NCBI GenBank assembly: GCA_032654565.1
Contig: JAULAX010000015.1
Span: 512,001 to 576,000, forward strand
From: Anaeromyxobacteraceae bacterium
GTDB lineage: Bacteria > Myxococcota > Myxococcia > Myxococcales > Anaeromyxobacteraceae
Direction of reading: 5' to 3'
DNA: 64,000 nt
Made by a program: the position numbers and the translations under genes
Shown here: one piece after another, positions 52,956 through 61,952 of the stretch
How the letters are laid out: every line of letters begins with the position of its first letter
Numbering within the stretch: the stretch's first letter is position 1
The notes under the pieces: model-generated
The model's input: only the letters and a program-made list of their open reading frames with translations
What the model was told of the DNA's origin: nothing
Databases searched by the model: none

Positions 52956-53770
52956 CGGCGGCGGCCAGCGGCGGGGCGGGCGGGGCGGGCGGGGTGGGGG
53001 GCGGCGCGGCCATCGGCGTCGACGTGGGGAGCACCTCCTGCAAGGTGGTGCTGGTGGACGGGGCCGGCCGGTTGCTGGCGAGCCTGCTCGAGCCGACCCA
53101 CCCGCGCACCGAGGAGCAGACCGGGCGGCTGGTGGCGGCGCTGCGGGCCGAGGCCGGGGCCGAGCTGCCGGTGGGGGCGACCGGCTACGGCCGCAAGCGG
53201 GTGGTGGCGGCGCGGGTGCTCACCGAGATCACCTGCCACGCCCGCGGGGCCCACGCCCTGGCCGGCGGCGGCGGGCTGCTGGTGGACATGGGCGGACAGG
53301 ACACCAAGGTGATCGCCATCGGGCCGGGCGGCGAGGTCACCGACTTCTCCATGAACGACAAGTGCGCCGCCGGGACCGGGCGCTTCCTCGAGGTGATCCT
53401 GGCGCGGCTGCAGGTGCCGCTGGCCGAGGTGGCCGCCACCGCGGCCCGGGCCGGGGCGCCGGTGACCGTCTCCAGCACCTGCACCGTCTTCGCCGAGAGC
53501 GAGGTGATCTCGCTGGTGGCCGAGGGGCGACCGGTCGAGGGGATCGTCCGCGGGCTGCACGTGGCGCTGGCCTCGCGGGTGGCGGCGCTGGCGCGCGGCC
53601 GGCTCGGCGCCGGGCCGGTGCTGCTGAGCGGCGGGGTGGCGCTCAACGTCGCCATGGTGACGGCGCTGGCCGAGGCGCTGGGGCGGCCGGTGCAGGTGCT
53701 GCCCGGGCCGCAGCTGGTGGGGGCGCTGGGGGCGGCGCTGTCGGTGCTGCCCCGCCCTGCCGGGTCCTAG
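52952..53770 (+). CDS. CoA-substrate-specific enzyme activase (HgdC/BadG type, ATP-dependent 4Fe-4S)
   Basis: GVDVGSTSCK, ATGYGR, TEITCHARG, DMGGQDTK, MNDKCAAGTGRFLE, SSTCTVFAESEVIS. Confidence 0.95.
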   Translation: MTAAASGGAGGAGGVGGGAAIGVDVGSTSCKVVLVDGAGRLLASLLEPTHPRTEEQTGRLVAALRAEAGAELPVGATGYGRKRVVAARVLTEITCHARGAHALAGGGGLLVDMGGQDTKVIAIGPGGEVTDFSMNDKCAAGTGRFLEVILARLQVPLAEVAATAARAGAPVTVSSTCTVFAESEVISLVAEGRPVEGIVRGLHVALASRVAALARGRLGAGPVLLSGGVALNVAMVTALAEALGRPVQVLPGPQLVGALGAALSVLPRPAGS

Positions 53771-54342
53771 TCGCCGCGGGCCAGCAGCCGGTCGCGCAGC
53801 CCGTCGTCGATGGGGCGCTCGCCGAGCCAGATGGCGAAGTAGGCGCGGGCGAAGTCGGCCCCCTCGACCAGCGCCAGGCGCCGGCCGTTGAGGGTCAGCT
53901 CGGTGCCCCGGCCGGGGACGTAGGAGAGGGCGTAGCGGTCGCCCGGCTTGACGTCGACGTAGGCGGCGTGGAGCCGCTCGATCCGCTCCCGGAGCGGGGC
54001 CAGCGACTCGCCGGGGAAGTTCTGGGACATGAGCGAGTCGGCCGCGGGGCCGAAGTCGCGCCCCTCGATCCCCACCAGGTAGCTGAACTCGAGGCGGCGG
54101 GCCACGTCGTCGGTCGGGTCGAAGCGCTCCACCCCGGCCGGCAGGTAGAGGGCGGCGGCGTAGACCTTCACCACCCACTTCCAGCGGAAGAGCCCGGCGC
54201 CCTTCAGCTTCACCGGCTGGTCCAGCGCGGCGGCCTCCCCCGGGAAGCGCACGCCGCCCACCGAGACGTCGGCCCGGGCCGGCGGGGACCAGAGGAGGAT
54301 CGCCGCGGCCAGCAGCCCGGCGCCGCGCCTGGCCGGGCTCAC
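53767..54342 (-). CDS. Chalcone isomerase-like family protein
   Basis: Signal peptide, [43 protein letters not shown]. Confidence 0.85.
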   Translation of the reverse strand: MSPARRGAGLLAAAILLWSPPARADVSVGGVRFPGEAAALDQPVKLKGAGLFRWKWVVKVYAAALYLPAGVERFDPTDDVARRLEFSYLVGIEGRDFGPAADSLMSQNFPGESLAPLRERIERLHAAYVDVKPGDRYALSYVPGRGTELTLNGRRLALVEGADFARAYFAIWLGERPIDDGLRDRLLARGD

Positions 54343-55487
54343 GCCGCGCTTCCCGGCGCGGGAGCTCCCGCCGCCTTCTCGAACAGGTAGTGGCTGACCA
54401 GCCACTCCTGGCCGCCGCGGTAGCCCCAGAGCTCGGCGCAGGCCATGAAGAAGATCCGCCACATGGCGAGCCGCCGCGGCGCCTGCTCCGGGCCGTAGGC
54501 GCCGGCCAGCGCCGCCAGCGCCGCCGGGCGGGCGGCGTCGAGGTTGGCCAGCCAGGCCTCGGAGGTCTTCTGGTAGTGGCGGCCGTCGACGCGCCAGTGG
54601 TCCACCACCTGGAGGTCGCGCTGGAAGTAGAGGAGCAGGTCGTCGGAGGGCATCTGCCCGCCGGTGAAGAAGTGGGCGCTCATCCAGTCGGAGGCGTCCT
54701 TGACCTCGAACGGGTAGGCGAACTGCTTGTGCGTGAAGATGTGCACGAAGAGCCGGCCGCCGGGGGCCAGCCAGGAGGCGACCCGCCGCAGCAGCGCCTG
54801 GTAGTTGCGCATGTGCTCGAACATCTCCACCGAGAGGATGCGGTCGAAGCGCCGCTCGGTGTCGAAGCTGCGGGCGTCGGCGGTGATCACCTCGACGTTG
54901 CCGAGGCCGCGCTGGCGGGCCCGGGCCTCGATGAAGGCCTTCTGGTCGCGGCTGTTGGAGACGGCGGTGACCTGGGCGTTGGGGAAGCGGGCGGCCAGGT
55001 GGAGCGTCAGCGAGCCCCAGCCGCAGCCGAGGTCGAGCAGGCGCATGCCGTCCTGCACGCCGGCCCGCTCGATGGTGAGGCGCAGCATGGCCTCGTCGCT
55101 GGAGGCGAGGTCGTCGTCGGGGCGCTCCCAGAGGCCGCAGCTGTACTTCAGGTGCGGCGAGAGGACCGCCTCGAAGAAGGCCGGGGGGACCTCGTAGTGC
55201 TGCTCGTTGGCGGCGGCGGTGTGGACGGCCACCTCGCTGCGCCGGCAGGTCTCCACCCAGCGCATCAGCCGGGCGTGGCGCTCCACCTCGTCGCCGCGCC
55301 CCTCCTCGGCGAGCCGCTGGGCGAGCAGGCGGCGGATGCCGAGGCGGATGAGGGCGTCGGGCATGAGCCCGCGCTCGGCGAGGGCGAGGTACCAGGGGGC
55401 GCGAGGAGGCGCGTCGGGGGTGGAGTCGAGGACGGGCGGGGCGGAAACGGCCGACTCGAGCGCGCGACCTGACCGAGAGTAATCCAT
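54339..55487 (-). CDS. Cyclopropane-fatty-acyl-phospholipid synthase family SAM methyltransferase
   Basis: [56 protein letters not shown]. Start uncertain. Confidence 0.9.
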   Translation of the reverse strand: MDYSRSGRALESAVSAPPVLDSTPDAPPRAPWYLALAERGLMPDALIRLGIRRLLAQRLAEEGRGDEVERHARLMRWVETCRRSEVAVHTAAANEQHYEVPPAFFEAVLSPHLKYSCGLWERPDDDLASSDEAMLRLTIERAGVQDGMRLLDLGCGWGSLTLHLAARFPNAQVTAVSNSRDQKAFIEARARQRGLGNVEVITADARSFDTERRFDRILSVEMFEHMRNYQALLRRVASWLAPGGRLFVHIFTHKQFAYPFEVKDASDWMSAHFFTGGQMPSDDLLLYFQRDLQVVDHWRVDGRHYQKTSEAWLANLDAARPAALAALAGAYGPEQAPRRLAMWRIFFMACAELWGYRGGQEWLVSHYLFEKAAGAPAPGSAA

Positions 55488-55576
55488 GAGGCCGATCTAA
55501 CGCAGGGCGCAGGGCGGACAACGGCAGGACATCACCCTGATGGAGCGTAAGTATTCGATTTGGGGCCTCGGGAGCA

Positions 55577-55616
55577 GACAACCCTCGGTCAGGGAGGATG
55601 ACCCTCGGTAGGGAGT
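55577..55616 (-). promoter_or_regulatory. Tandem copies of the recurring motif in the divergent cfa-like / acyl-CoA dehydrogenase gap
   Basis: Plus strand ACCCTCGGTCAGGGAG (55581) and ACCCTCGGTAGGGAG (55601). Reverse complement of 55597-55614 is TCCCTACCGAGGGTCATC. Confidence 0.55.
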
Positions 55617-55725
55617 GTCCGAAGCCCCCAGGGGCGGGACGTGGACTGACTCTAGAATCAATCGGCGCTTGTCGCGGCGCGTCGGGGAGGCTACCGTCTC
55701 CTCCTTCCACCACCCGGAGGCCGCC

Positions 55726-57483
55726 GTGATCGACAAGAAGGTCGACAGCTTCGTCCAGTCGCTCTGCATGGGTCGCATCGAGGAGGAGATCATCTTCCCC
55801 TACCCGACCATGAAGACCGGCGAGCGCGAGATGGTCGAGCAGGTGACCGCCAGCATCGACCAGCTGCTCGCCGGCAAGGAGAAGTCCTTCCGCGCCTGGG
55901 ACGTCAAGGGCGAGATGCCCCCCGAGTTCATCGAGGAGCTCAAGGCCTTCGGCCTCTTCGGCCTCATCGTCCCCGAGGCCCACGGCGGGCTCGGCTTCGG
56001 CTCGGCCGCCTACTCGCGGGTGCTGCAGCAGGTGGCCACCCACGACGGCTCGGTGGCCCTCACCATCGGCGCCCACAGCTCCATCGGCATGCGCGGCCTG
56101 CTGCTCTTCGGCACCGAGGCGCAGAAGGCCACCTGGATGCCGCGGCTGGCCAGCGGCGAGCTGATCGCCGCCTTCTGCCTCACCGAGCCGGGCGCCGGCT
56201 CCGACGCCGCCTCGATCCGCACCAACGCCAGGCGCGAGGGGGACCGCTGGATCCTCAACGGCGAGAAGCTCTGGATCACCAACGGCGGCATCGCCGGCTT
56301 CTACACCGTCTTCGCCAAGACCCCATCGGGCAACGGCGACGGCAAGGCCCACATGACCGCCTTCATCGTCCCCCGCGACCTGCCCGGCGTCTCGGTCGGC
56401 CCGCACGAGGACAAGATGGGCATCCGCGCCTCCAACACCACCACCGTGCACTTCGAGGACGTCGCGCTCACCGACCAGCACGTGCTCGGCGAGGTGGGGC
56501 AGGGCTTCAAGGCGGCCATGAAGATCCTCAACGCCGGCCGCTCCGGCCTCGGCGGCGGCTGCGTCGGCGGGATGCGCACCCTGATCAAGATGGCCGCCAC
56601 CCAGGCCAAGGAGCGGCGCCAGTTCGGCCGGCCCATCGCCGAGTTCGGCCTGGTCAAGCAGAAGCTGGGCGAGATGGTGGTGGACGCCTACGCCACCGAG
56701 AGCGTGGTGGGGGTGGTGGCCGGCCTCTCCGACCAGGGCTACGAGGACTACGCCGTCGAGGCCGCCATCTCCAAGGTCTTCGCCACCGAGGCGCTCTGGC
56801 GCACCGCCGACGAGGCGCTGCAGGTGGCCGGCGGCAACGGCTACATGCGCGAGTTCCCCTACGAGCGCATCCTCCGCGACGTGCGCATCAACCGGATCTT
56901 CGAGGGGACCAACGAGATCCTGCGGCTCTTCATCGCCCTCACCGCCCTGAACCGGGTCGGCACCCAGCTCAAGGAGCTGGCCCACGGGCTCAAGGACGTG
57001 ATGAAGGACCCCATCAAGGGGTTCGGCGTGCTCTCCGACTACGCCCTCAAGCACGCCACCATCCGCACCGGCCTGGTCGGCGAGAGCCGCAGCTTCAGCA
57101 AGCTGCACCCGGCGCTGGCCGAGGTCGGCGACCACTACGAGGGGCTGGTGCGCGAGGTGGCCTGGGTGGCCGACCGCGAGCTGCGCCGCTACGGCAAGGA
57201 GATCATCGGCAAGCAGTTCGTCTCCAAGCGGATCGCCGACGTGCTCACCGACCTCTTCGTCACCGCCTGCATCCTCTCCCGGGTCACCACCGCGCTGGAG
57301 AAGAAGGGGGAGAAGGGGGCGGCCCGCGAGCTGGAGATCGCCCGGGTCTTCTCCCGCGCCGCGCGCAGCCGGATCCGCGGCAACCTGCACCGGGTCGACG
57401 CCAACGACGACGAGCTGGTGATGGCGCTGGCCGACGACGCCCTGGAGCGCGAGGGCTACGGCTGGGACCTGCTGACCAGCTGA
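55726..57483 (+). CDS. Acyl-CoA dehydrogenase (VLCAD/ACAD9-like, long form)
   Basis: AFCLTEPGAGSDA, LNGEKLWITNG, KMGIRASNT, GGNGYMRE, RIFEGTNEI, C-terminal extension. Confidence 0.95.
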   Translation: MIDKKVDSFVQSLCMGRIEEEIIFPYPTMKTGEREMVEQVTASIDQLLAGKEKSFRAWDVKGEMPPEFIEELKAFGLFGLIVPEAHGGLGFGSAAYSRVLQQVATHDGSVALTIGAHSSIGMRGLLLFGTEAQKATWMPRLASGELIAAFCLTEPGAGSDAASIRTNARREGDRWILNGEKLWITNGGIAGFYTVFAKTPSGNGDGKAHMTAFIVPRDLPGVSVGPHEDKMGIRASNTTTVHFEDVALTDQHVLGEVGQGFKAAMKILNAGRSGLGGGCVGGMRTLIKMAATQAKERRQFGRPIAEFGLVKQKLGEMVVDAYATESVVGVVAGLSDQGYEDYAVEAAISKVFATEALWRTADEALQVAGGNGYMREFPYERILRDVRINRIFEGTNEILRLFIALTALNRVGTQLKELAHGLKDVMKDPIKGFGVLSDYALKHATIRTGLVGESRSFSKLHPALAEVGDHYEGLVREVAWVADRELRRYGKEIIGKQFVSKRIADVLTDLFVTACILSRVTTALEKKGEKGAARELEIARVFSRAARSRIRGNLHRVDANDDELVMALADDALEREGYGWDLLTS

Positions 57484-57555
57484 CGGTCCGCCCGCGGCCC
57501 GGCCACCCGCGCCGGCCCGGGCCCGCTCGGGGCCGGTCGGCGCCGGTCGGGGGGC

Positions 57556-58812
57556 TCAGTGGCTGGCGTGCCAGGAGGCCAGCACCTTCGCCCAGGCGCC
57601 GGGGAGGTCGTGCGCCAGCGAGCGCAGCTCGGGGGTGAAGGTCCAGGCCAGGGAGCCGAACAGGGCGACGAAGCCGATCCAGAAGGCGGCCTCCCAGACC
57701 GGCAGCCAGGAGAGCGGCGTGGCGGGGGCCCGGCGCAGCGCAGCGCCAGCGGCGGCGATCGGGCGGCGCAGCAGCGCACCCAGGAGCATCAAGATGACCA
57801 GGCTGCCCCAGAGCGGCAGCCCCGGCGACCAGCCCAGGATCCGCCCGTTGGCGATCAGCAGCGCCGCGCAGACCCCCTCGGCGACGAGGAGCGCGGAACC
57901 CCAGAACGCCACCACCGGGACCATCAAGGCGGCCGCCACCTGCCGGGCGTAGCGCGCCGGGGGCGGGGCGGGCGGGACGGGTGGCGGCGCCGGCCAGGAG
58001 GGCGGCGGCGCGGTCGGCGGGATGGGCGGCGGCACCGACGACGAGTGCGGCGGTGGGATGGGCGGCGGACCCGCCGGCGGCGCGGTCGGAGCGGCCGCCC
58101 CCCAGGTTGCCCGCTGGTCCTGCCAGGCGCCGCGGGCGGCGCTCGCCGCCTCCCGGGCCTGGCGGCGGGCCTCCCGCGTGCCGCTGCTCCAGCTGGCCCG
58201 CCAGCGCGCCCAGGGCCCCTGCAGCTCCTGCTCCAGGGTGGCGTAGTGGCGCTTGGCCTCGTCCACCAGCGCCTGGGCGCTGAAGGGGAGCCCGCGCGCC
58301 GCGGCCCGCTCCTCGGGCGTGCCGGCCGCCGGCACCACGAAGACCAGCACCAGGTAGACCAGCAGCCAGGCGCCGTGGGTGAGCAGCGCCAGCACCACGA
58401 AGATGGCGCGGACCAGGTTGGCGTCGAGGCCGAAGTAGGCGCCCAGGCCGTTGCAGAGGCCGGCCAGCTTGCCCCCCTCCAGCACCCGGTAGAGCCGGCG
58501 CTCCCCGGCGGCGGGCGCGGCCCGGGGCGCGGCCGGGGCGTCGGGGCCGACCTCGGCCGGCGTGCCCACCGGCCCCATCTCGGCCAGCACCTGCGCCATC
58601 TCGGCGGCGGTGACCACCGACTTGTGCGGCCCCAGGTGGCGGGCGCACTTGTCGGCGATGGCCTGCTCCAGGTCCCCGAGGATCTCGTCGCGGTCGGGGT
58701 CGGCGCTGAGCTGCGCCGCGGCCCGGTCGAGGTAGGCGCGCAGCGCCAGGTACCCGGCCTCCTCGATGACGAAGGCGTTGCCGTGGAGGCTGGCGTGGAT
58801 GACCGGCTGCAT
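57556..58812 (-). CDS. PspC domain-containing membrane protein
   Basis: RRLYR...GKLAGLCNGLGAYFGLDANLVR..YLVLVFVVP. N-terminal EIL.DLEQAIA domain, Pro-rich linker, TM segments. Confidence 0.88.
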   Translation of the reverse strand: MQPVIHASLHGNAFVIEEAGYLALRAYLDRAAAQLSADPDRDEILGDLEQAIADKCARHLGPHKSVVTAAEMAQVLAEMGPVGTPAEVGPDAPAAPRAAPAAGERRLYRVLEGGKLAGLCNGLGAYFGLDANLVRAIFVVLALLTHGAWLLVYLVLVFVVPAAGTPEERAAARGLPFSAQALVDEAKRHYATLEQELQGPWARWRASWSSGTREARRQAREAASAARGAWQDQRATWGAAAPTAPPAGPPPIPPPHSSSVPPPIPPTAPPPSWPAPPPVPPAPPPARYARQVAAALMVPVVAFWGSALLVAEGVCAALLIANGRILGWSPGLPLWGSLVILMLLGALLRRPIAAAGAALRRAPATPLSWLPVWEAAFWIGFVALFGSLAWTFTPELRSLAHDLPGAWAKVLASWHASH

Positions 58813-58814
58813 GG

Positions 58815-59141
58815 CTACTCTCCCATCCGATCCACGGTGGCGTGGAGCGTCTTCCAGTAGGCGTTGAGCTCACCGAGCCAGCTGCGTCCCTTGGCGGTGA
58901 GCCGGTAGTACTTGCGCGGCGGCCCGGCCTCCGACTCCACCCACTGGTAGTCGAGCAGCTCGGCGCGCCGCAGCTTGGAGAGGAGCGGGTAGAGCGTCCC
59001 CTCCTGGGTGGCGAACTCGGTGCCGCCCAGCTTCCCGAGGATGTCGGCGGCGTAGACCTTGTCGCCGGCCACGATCTTGAGGACCAGGTACTCGAGGAGT
59101 CCCTTGCGGATGGCGCTGAAGCGGTCGAGGTCAGGCGGCAT
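58815..59141 (-). CDS. PadR-family transcriptional regulator
   Basis: IRKGLLEYLVL, EGTLYPLLSKL, ESEAGPPRKYYRLT..GR. Confidence 0.95.
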   Translation of the reverse strand: MPPDLDRFSAIRKGLLEYLVLKIVAGDKVYAADILGKLGGTEFATQEGTLYPLLSKLRRAELLDYQWVESEAGPPRKYYRLTAKGRSWLGELNAYWKTLHATVDRMGE

Positions 59142-59147
59142 GGCAGG

Positions 59148-59181
59148 TACCTTGCTAACGCAAGGTAGTGGGTGTTGTCAA
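59148..59181 (-). promoter_or_regulatory. padR promoter with overlapping palindromic operator
   Basis: TACCTTGC-TAAC-GCAAGGTA (59148-59167). Minus-strand TTGACA at 59181-59176. Confidence 0.7.
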
Positions 59182-59311
59182 GCTTGCGGTGGCCGCGGAG
59201 GCGGTCAGAATCGGTTGACGCCCCCCGGGGCCCGGTTAGACCCATCCCATCGCATCACCCCGGGCGACACCGACCCGGGGCCACGGCAACGTCACCCGAG
59301 GGCAGACCACC

Positions 59312-59836
59312 ATGGCCGCCAAGCTGGACTTCGCCACGCTCGACCTGCAGGACGCGCTCGACCTCGCCATCCTCATCGAGGAGGAGGCCAGGGAGCGATA
59401 CCTTCAGTTCCAGAAGCTGGTGGGTGGCCGCTACCGCGGCGACGCCGCCGACGTCTTCCGGCTCATGGCCGAGAACGAGGGGAAGCACCACGCCGACCTG
59501 GTGGCGAGGCGCGCCCAGCTCTTCCCCAAGGCGGCCTCGCGGGTGGACCGCTCCTGGTTCGAGGACGTCGAGGCGCCCGACCGCGGCAAGCCGCGCGCCT
59601 TCATGGGGCCGCGGCAGGCCCTGCAGGTGGCGCTGGAGTCGGAGGAGAAGGCCCACGACTTCTTCGCCGCCGCCATCCCCGGCCTCAAGGACCCCAAGGC
59701 CAAGGCGCTCTTCACCGAGCTCAAGGCCGAGGAGCTGCAGCACAAGGCCTACATCCTCAAGGTGCTGGGCACCCTGCCGCCCGGCCCCGACGTCGAGGAG
59801 GGCGAGGCCGACGAGCCCGGCTCGGACGGCGGGTAG
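59312..59836 (+). CDS. Ferritin-like / rubrerythrin-family di-iron protein without rubredoxin domain
   Basis: Two E..ExxH halves: IEEEA..Y..ENEGKH and ESEEKA..FF..AEELQH. Confidence 0.85.
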   Translation: MAAKLDFATLDLQDALDLAILIEEEARERYLQFQKLVGGRYRGDAADVFRLMAENEGKHHADLVARRAQLFPKAASRVDRSWFEDVEAPDRGKPRAFMGPRQALQVALESEEKAHDFFAAAIPGLKDPKAKALFTELKAEELQHKAYILKVLGTLPPGPDVEEGEADEPGSDGG

Positions 59837-59932
59837 GCCGGCCGCCGGGTCGCACCACCCGGTCCGCAGCTCACCGACCCCACCACCCCGACCGCAGCGC
59901 CCGGCCGCGCCGCTCACGCCACCGCCGCGCCG

Positions 59933-60865
59933 TCAGCCCCGCTTCAGCTTCCAGAGCCGGATCAGGAGCCGATCCCGGGCCCGGATCCGCTCGGCCAGCG
60001 GCTCGGGGTCGTGCCGGAACAGCCCGCGCCCGGTCTTGGCCCCCAGCTCGCCGCGGGCCACCCGCTCGCGGATGGCCGCCGGCGCCCGCTCGGCGCGCGA
60101 CAGCTCCGGCGCCAGGTTGTCGAGCACCGCCTGCCAGGTGTCGAGCCCGCCCAGGTCCGCCGCCTCGATGGGCCCGACGAAGGGCCAGCGGAAGCCCGGC
60201 CCGTCGGTCACCACCGCGTCGATCTCCTCGGCGCTGGCCACCCCCAGCTCGACCAGGTGGAAGGCCTCGCGGACCACCGCCGCCTGCAGCCGGTTGGCCA
60301 CGAACCCCGGCACCTCGCGGCGCAGCAGCACCGGCCGCTTGCCGACGTGGCGCAGGGCGGCCAGCACCCGCTCCACCACCGCCGGCGCCATCAGCGGGTG
60401 CGGCACCACCTCGACCAGCGGGATGAGCTGGGCCGGGTTGAAGAAGTGGACGATGACCATCCGCTCCGGTCGCCGGGCCCGCGCCGCCAGCCGGCTGACC
60501 GGGAGGGTGGAGGTGTTGGAGGCCAGCAGCGTGTCGTCGCCCACCGCCCGCTCGATCCGCTCGTACAGCGCCAGCTTCGCCTCCAGCCGCTCGGGGATGC
60601 ACTCCACCACCAGGGTGGCCCCGGCCAGCGCCGCCTCCAGGCTGGTGGTGGGCCGGACCCGGGCCCGCGCCGCCGCCGCCTCCCAGGGGGAGAGCACCTC
60701 CTCCTCGACCAGCAGCGCCAGCGACTCCTCCAGCGCCGCCAGCCCGGCGGCCAGCCGCGGCCCCTCGGCGTCGTGCAGCCGCACCGCCGCGCCGCCCTGG
60801 GCGAAGAGCTGGGCGATGCCGTGCCCCATCACCCCGGCGCCGATCACCGCCACCGCCTGCTCCAT
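59933..60865 (-). CDS. 3-hydroxyacyl-CoA dehydrogenase family protein
   Basis: VIGAGVMGHGIA, VECIPE..K, ASNTS, HFFNPA..PLVEV, PGFVANRLQ, GP.E.AD.GGLD. Confidence 0.94.
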   Translation of the reverse strand: MEQAVAVIGAGVMGHGIAQLFAQGGAAVRLHDAEGPRLAAGLAALEESLALLVEEEVLSPWEAAAARARVRPTTSLEAALAGATLVVECIPERLEAKLALYERIERAVGDDTLLASNTSTLPVSRLAARARRPERMVIVHFFNPAQLIPLVEVVPHPLMAPAVVERVLAALRHVGKRPVLLRREVPGFVANRLQAAVVREAFHLVELGVASAEEIDAVVTDGPGFRWPFVGPIEAADLGGLDTWQAVLDNLAPELSRAERAPAAIRERVARGELGAKTGRGLFRHDPEPLAERIRARDRLLIRLWKLKRG

Positions 60866-60910
60866 GGCCGGCCTCCCCCTCGGGCCGCGTCCCCGGCCCC
60901 GGGGGCCAAC

Positions 60911-61951
60911 CTACCGCAGCGAGGCGTTGATGGCGTCGAGGACCGCCCGCGAAGGGCGCACCCGGGCCTCGGGCAGCGTGGCCAGCGGGGCCTCGACCAG
61001 GCCGAGCCGGGCGTTGAGGTCCGGGGCCCGGGGGTCGAGGAAGAGCAGGCCGGTGAGCACGTCGCCGCCGCTCTCCGAGGCCATCAGCCGGGCCATGGCC
61101 CGGGCCCGGTCGGAGGGATCGTAGTCGGCCTCCAGCTTCTTGAGCCGCAGGCGCGAGCCGTCGTGCAGCGTCACCTCCCGGGTGGTGCCGGGGTCGTAGT
61201 CGATCGCGATCTCCTCGAAGGAGGGGACGAAGGAGAGCTCCTGCACCGGCAGGTCGTGCTCCTTGAGCCAGGCGTAGCTCTTGGTGGAGCCCTCGTGGTC
61301 GTTGAAGGTGACGCACGGGCTGATGACGTCGAGCAGGGCGGTGCCGCCGTGGGCCACCGCCGCCTTGAGCAGCGCCGAGAGCTGCTTCTTGTCGCCGGAG
61401 AAGGAGCGGCCCACGAAGCTGGCCCCCAGCTGGATGGCCAGGGCGCAGACGTCGATGGCCGGGAGGTCGGCGACCGCCCCCGACTTGAGCGTCGAGCCGA
61501 GGTCGGCGGTGGCGGAGAACTGCCCCTTGGTGAGGCCGTAGACGCCGTTGTTCTCCACCACGTAGACCATGGCCACGTTGCGCCGCAGCAGGTTGATGAA
61601 CTGGCCGATGCCGATGGAGGCGGTGTCGCCGTCGCCGGAGACGCCGAGGCCGTGCAGGGTGCGGTTGGCCATCAGCGCCCCGGTGGCCACCGAGGGCATG
61701 CGGCCGTGCACGGTGTTGAAGCTGTGCGACCGGCTCATGAAGTAGGCCGGGGTCTTCGAGGAGCAGCCGATGCCGGAGAACTTGGCCACCTGCTCGGGGG
61801 CGATGCCCAGCTCGAAGTAGGCGTCGAGGATCCGCTCGGAGATGGCGTTGTGACCGCAGCCGGCGCAGAGGGTGGTCTTGCCGCCCTTGTACTCGACGAC
61901 GGCGAGGCCGAGCCGGTTGGTGCGCGGGGCGGCGGCGGTGGGGGTGGCCAT
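60911..61951 (-). CDS. 2-oxoacid:ferredoxin oxidoreductase beta subunit
   Basis: LCAGCGH, SGIGCSS, HGR, GDGD..NNGVYGLTKGQ (TPP motif), SPCVTFN. Confidence 0.95.
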   Translation of the reverse strand: MATPTAAAPRTNRLGLAVVEYKGGKTTLCAGCGHNAISERILDAYFELGIAPEQVAKFSGIGCSSKTPAYFMSRSHSFNTVHGRMPSVATGALMANRTLHGLGVSGDGDTASIGIGQFINLLRRNVAMVYVVENNGVYGLTKGQFSATADLGSTLKSGAVADLPAIDVCALAIQLGASFVGRSFSGDKKQLSALLKAAVAHGGTALLDVISPCVTFNDHEGSTKSYAWLKEHDLPVQELSFVPSFEEIAIDYDPGTTREVTLHDGSRLRLKKLEADYDPSDRARAMARLMASESGGDVLTGLLFLDPRAPDLNARLGLVEAPLATLPEARVRPSRAVLDAINASLR

Positions 61952-61952
61952 G

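Noticed and set aside
50545..53770. Class I benzoyl-CoA reductase (bcrABCD)
   Set aside because: Only one activase-type subunit and no aromatic-degradation genes nearby. Kept as a family-level call.
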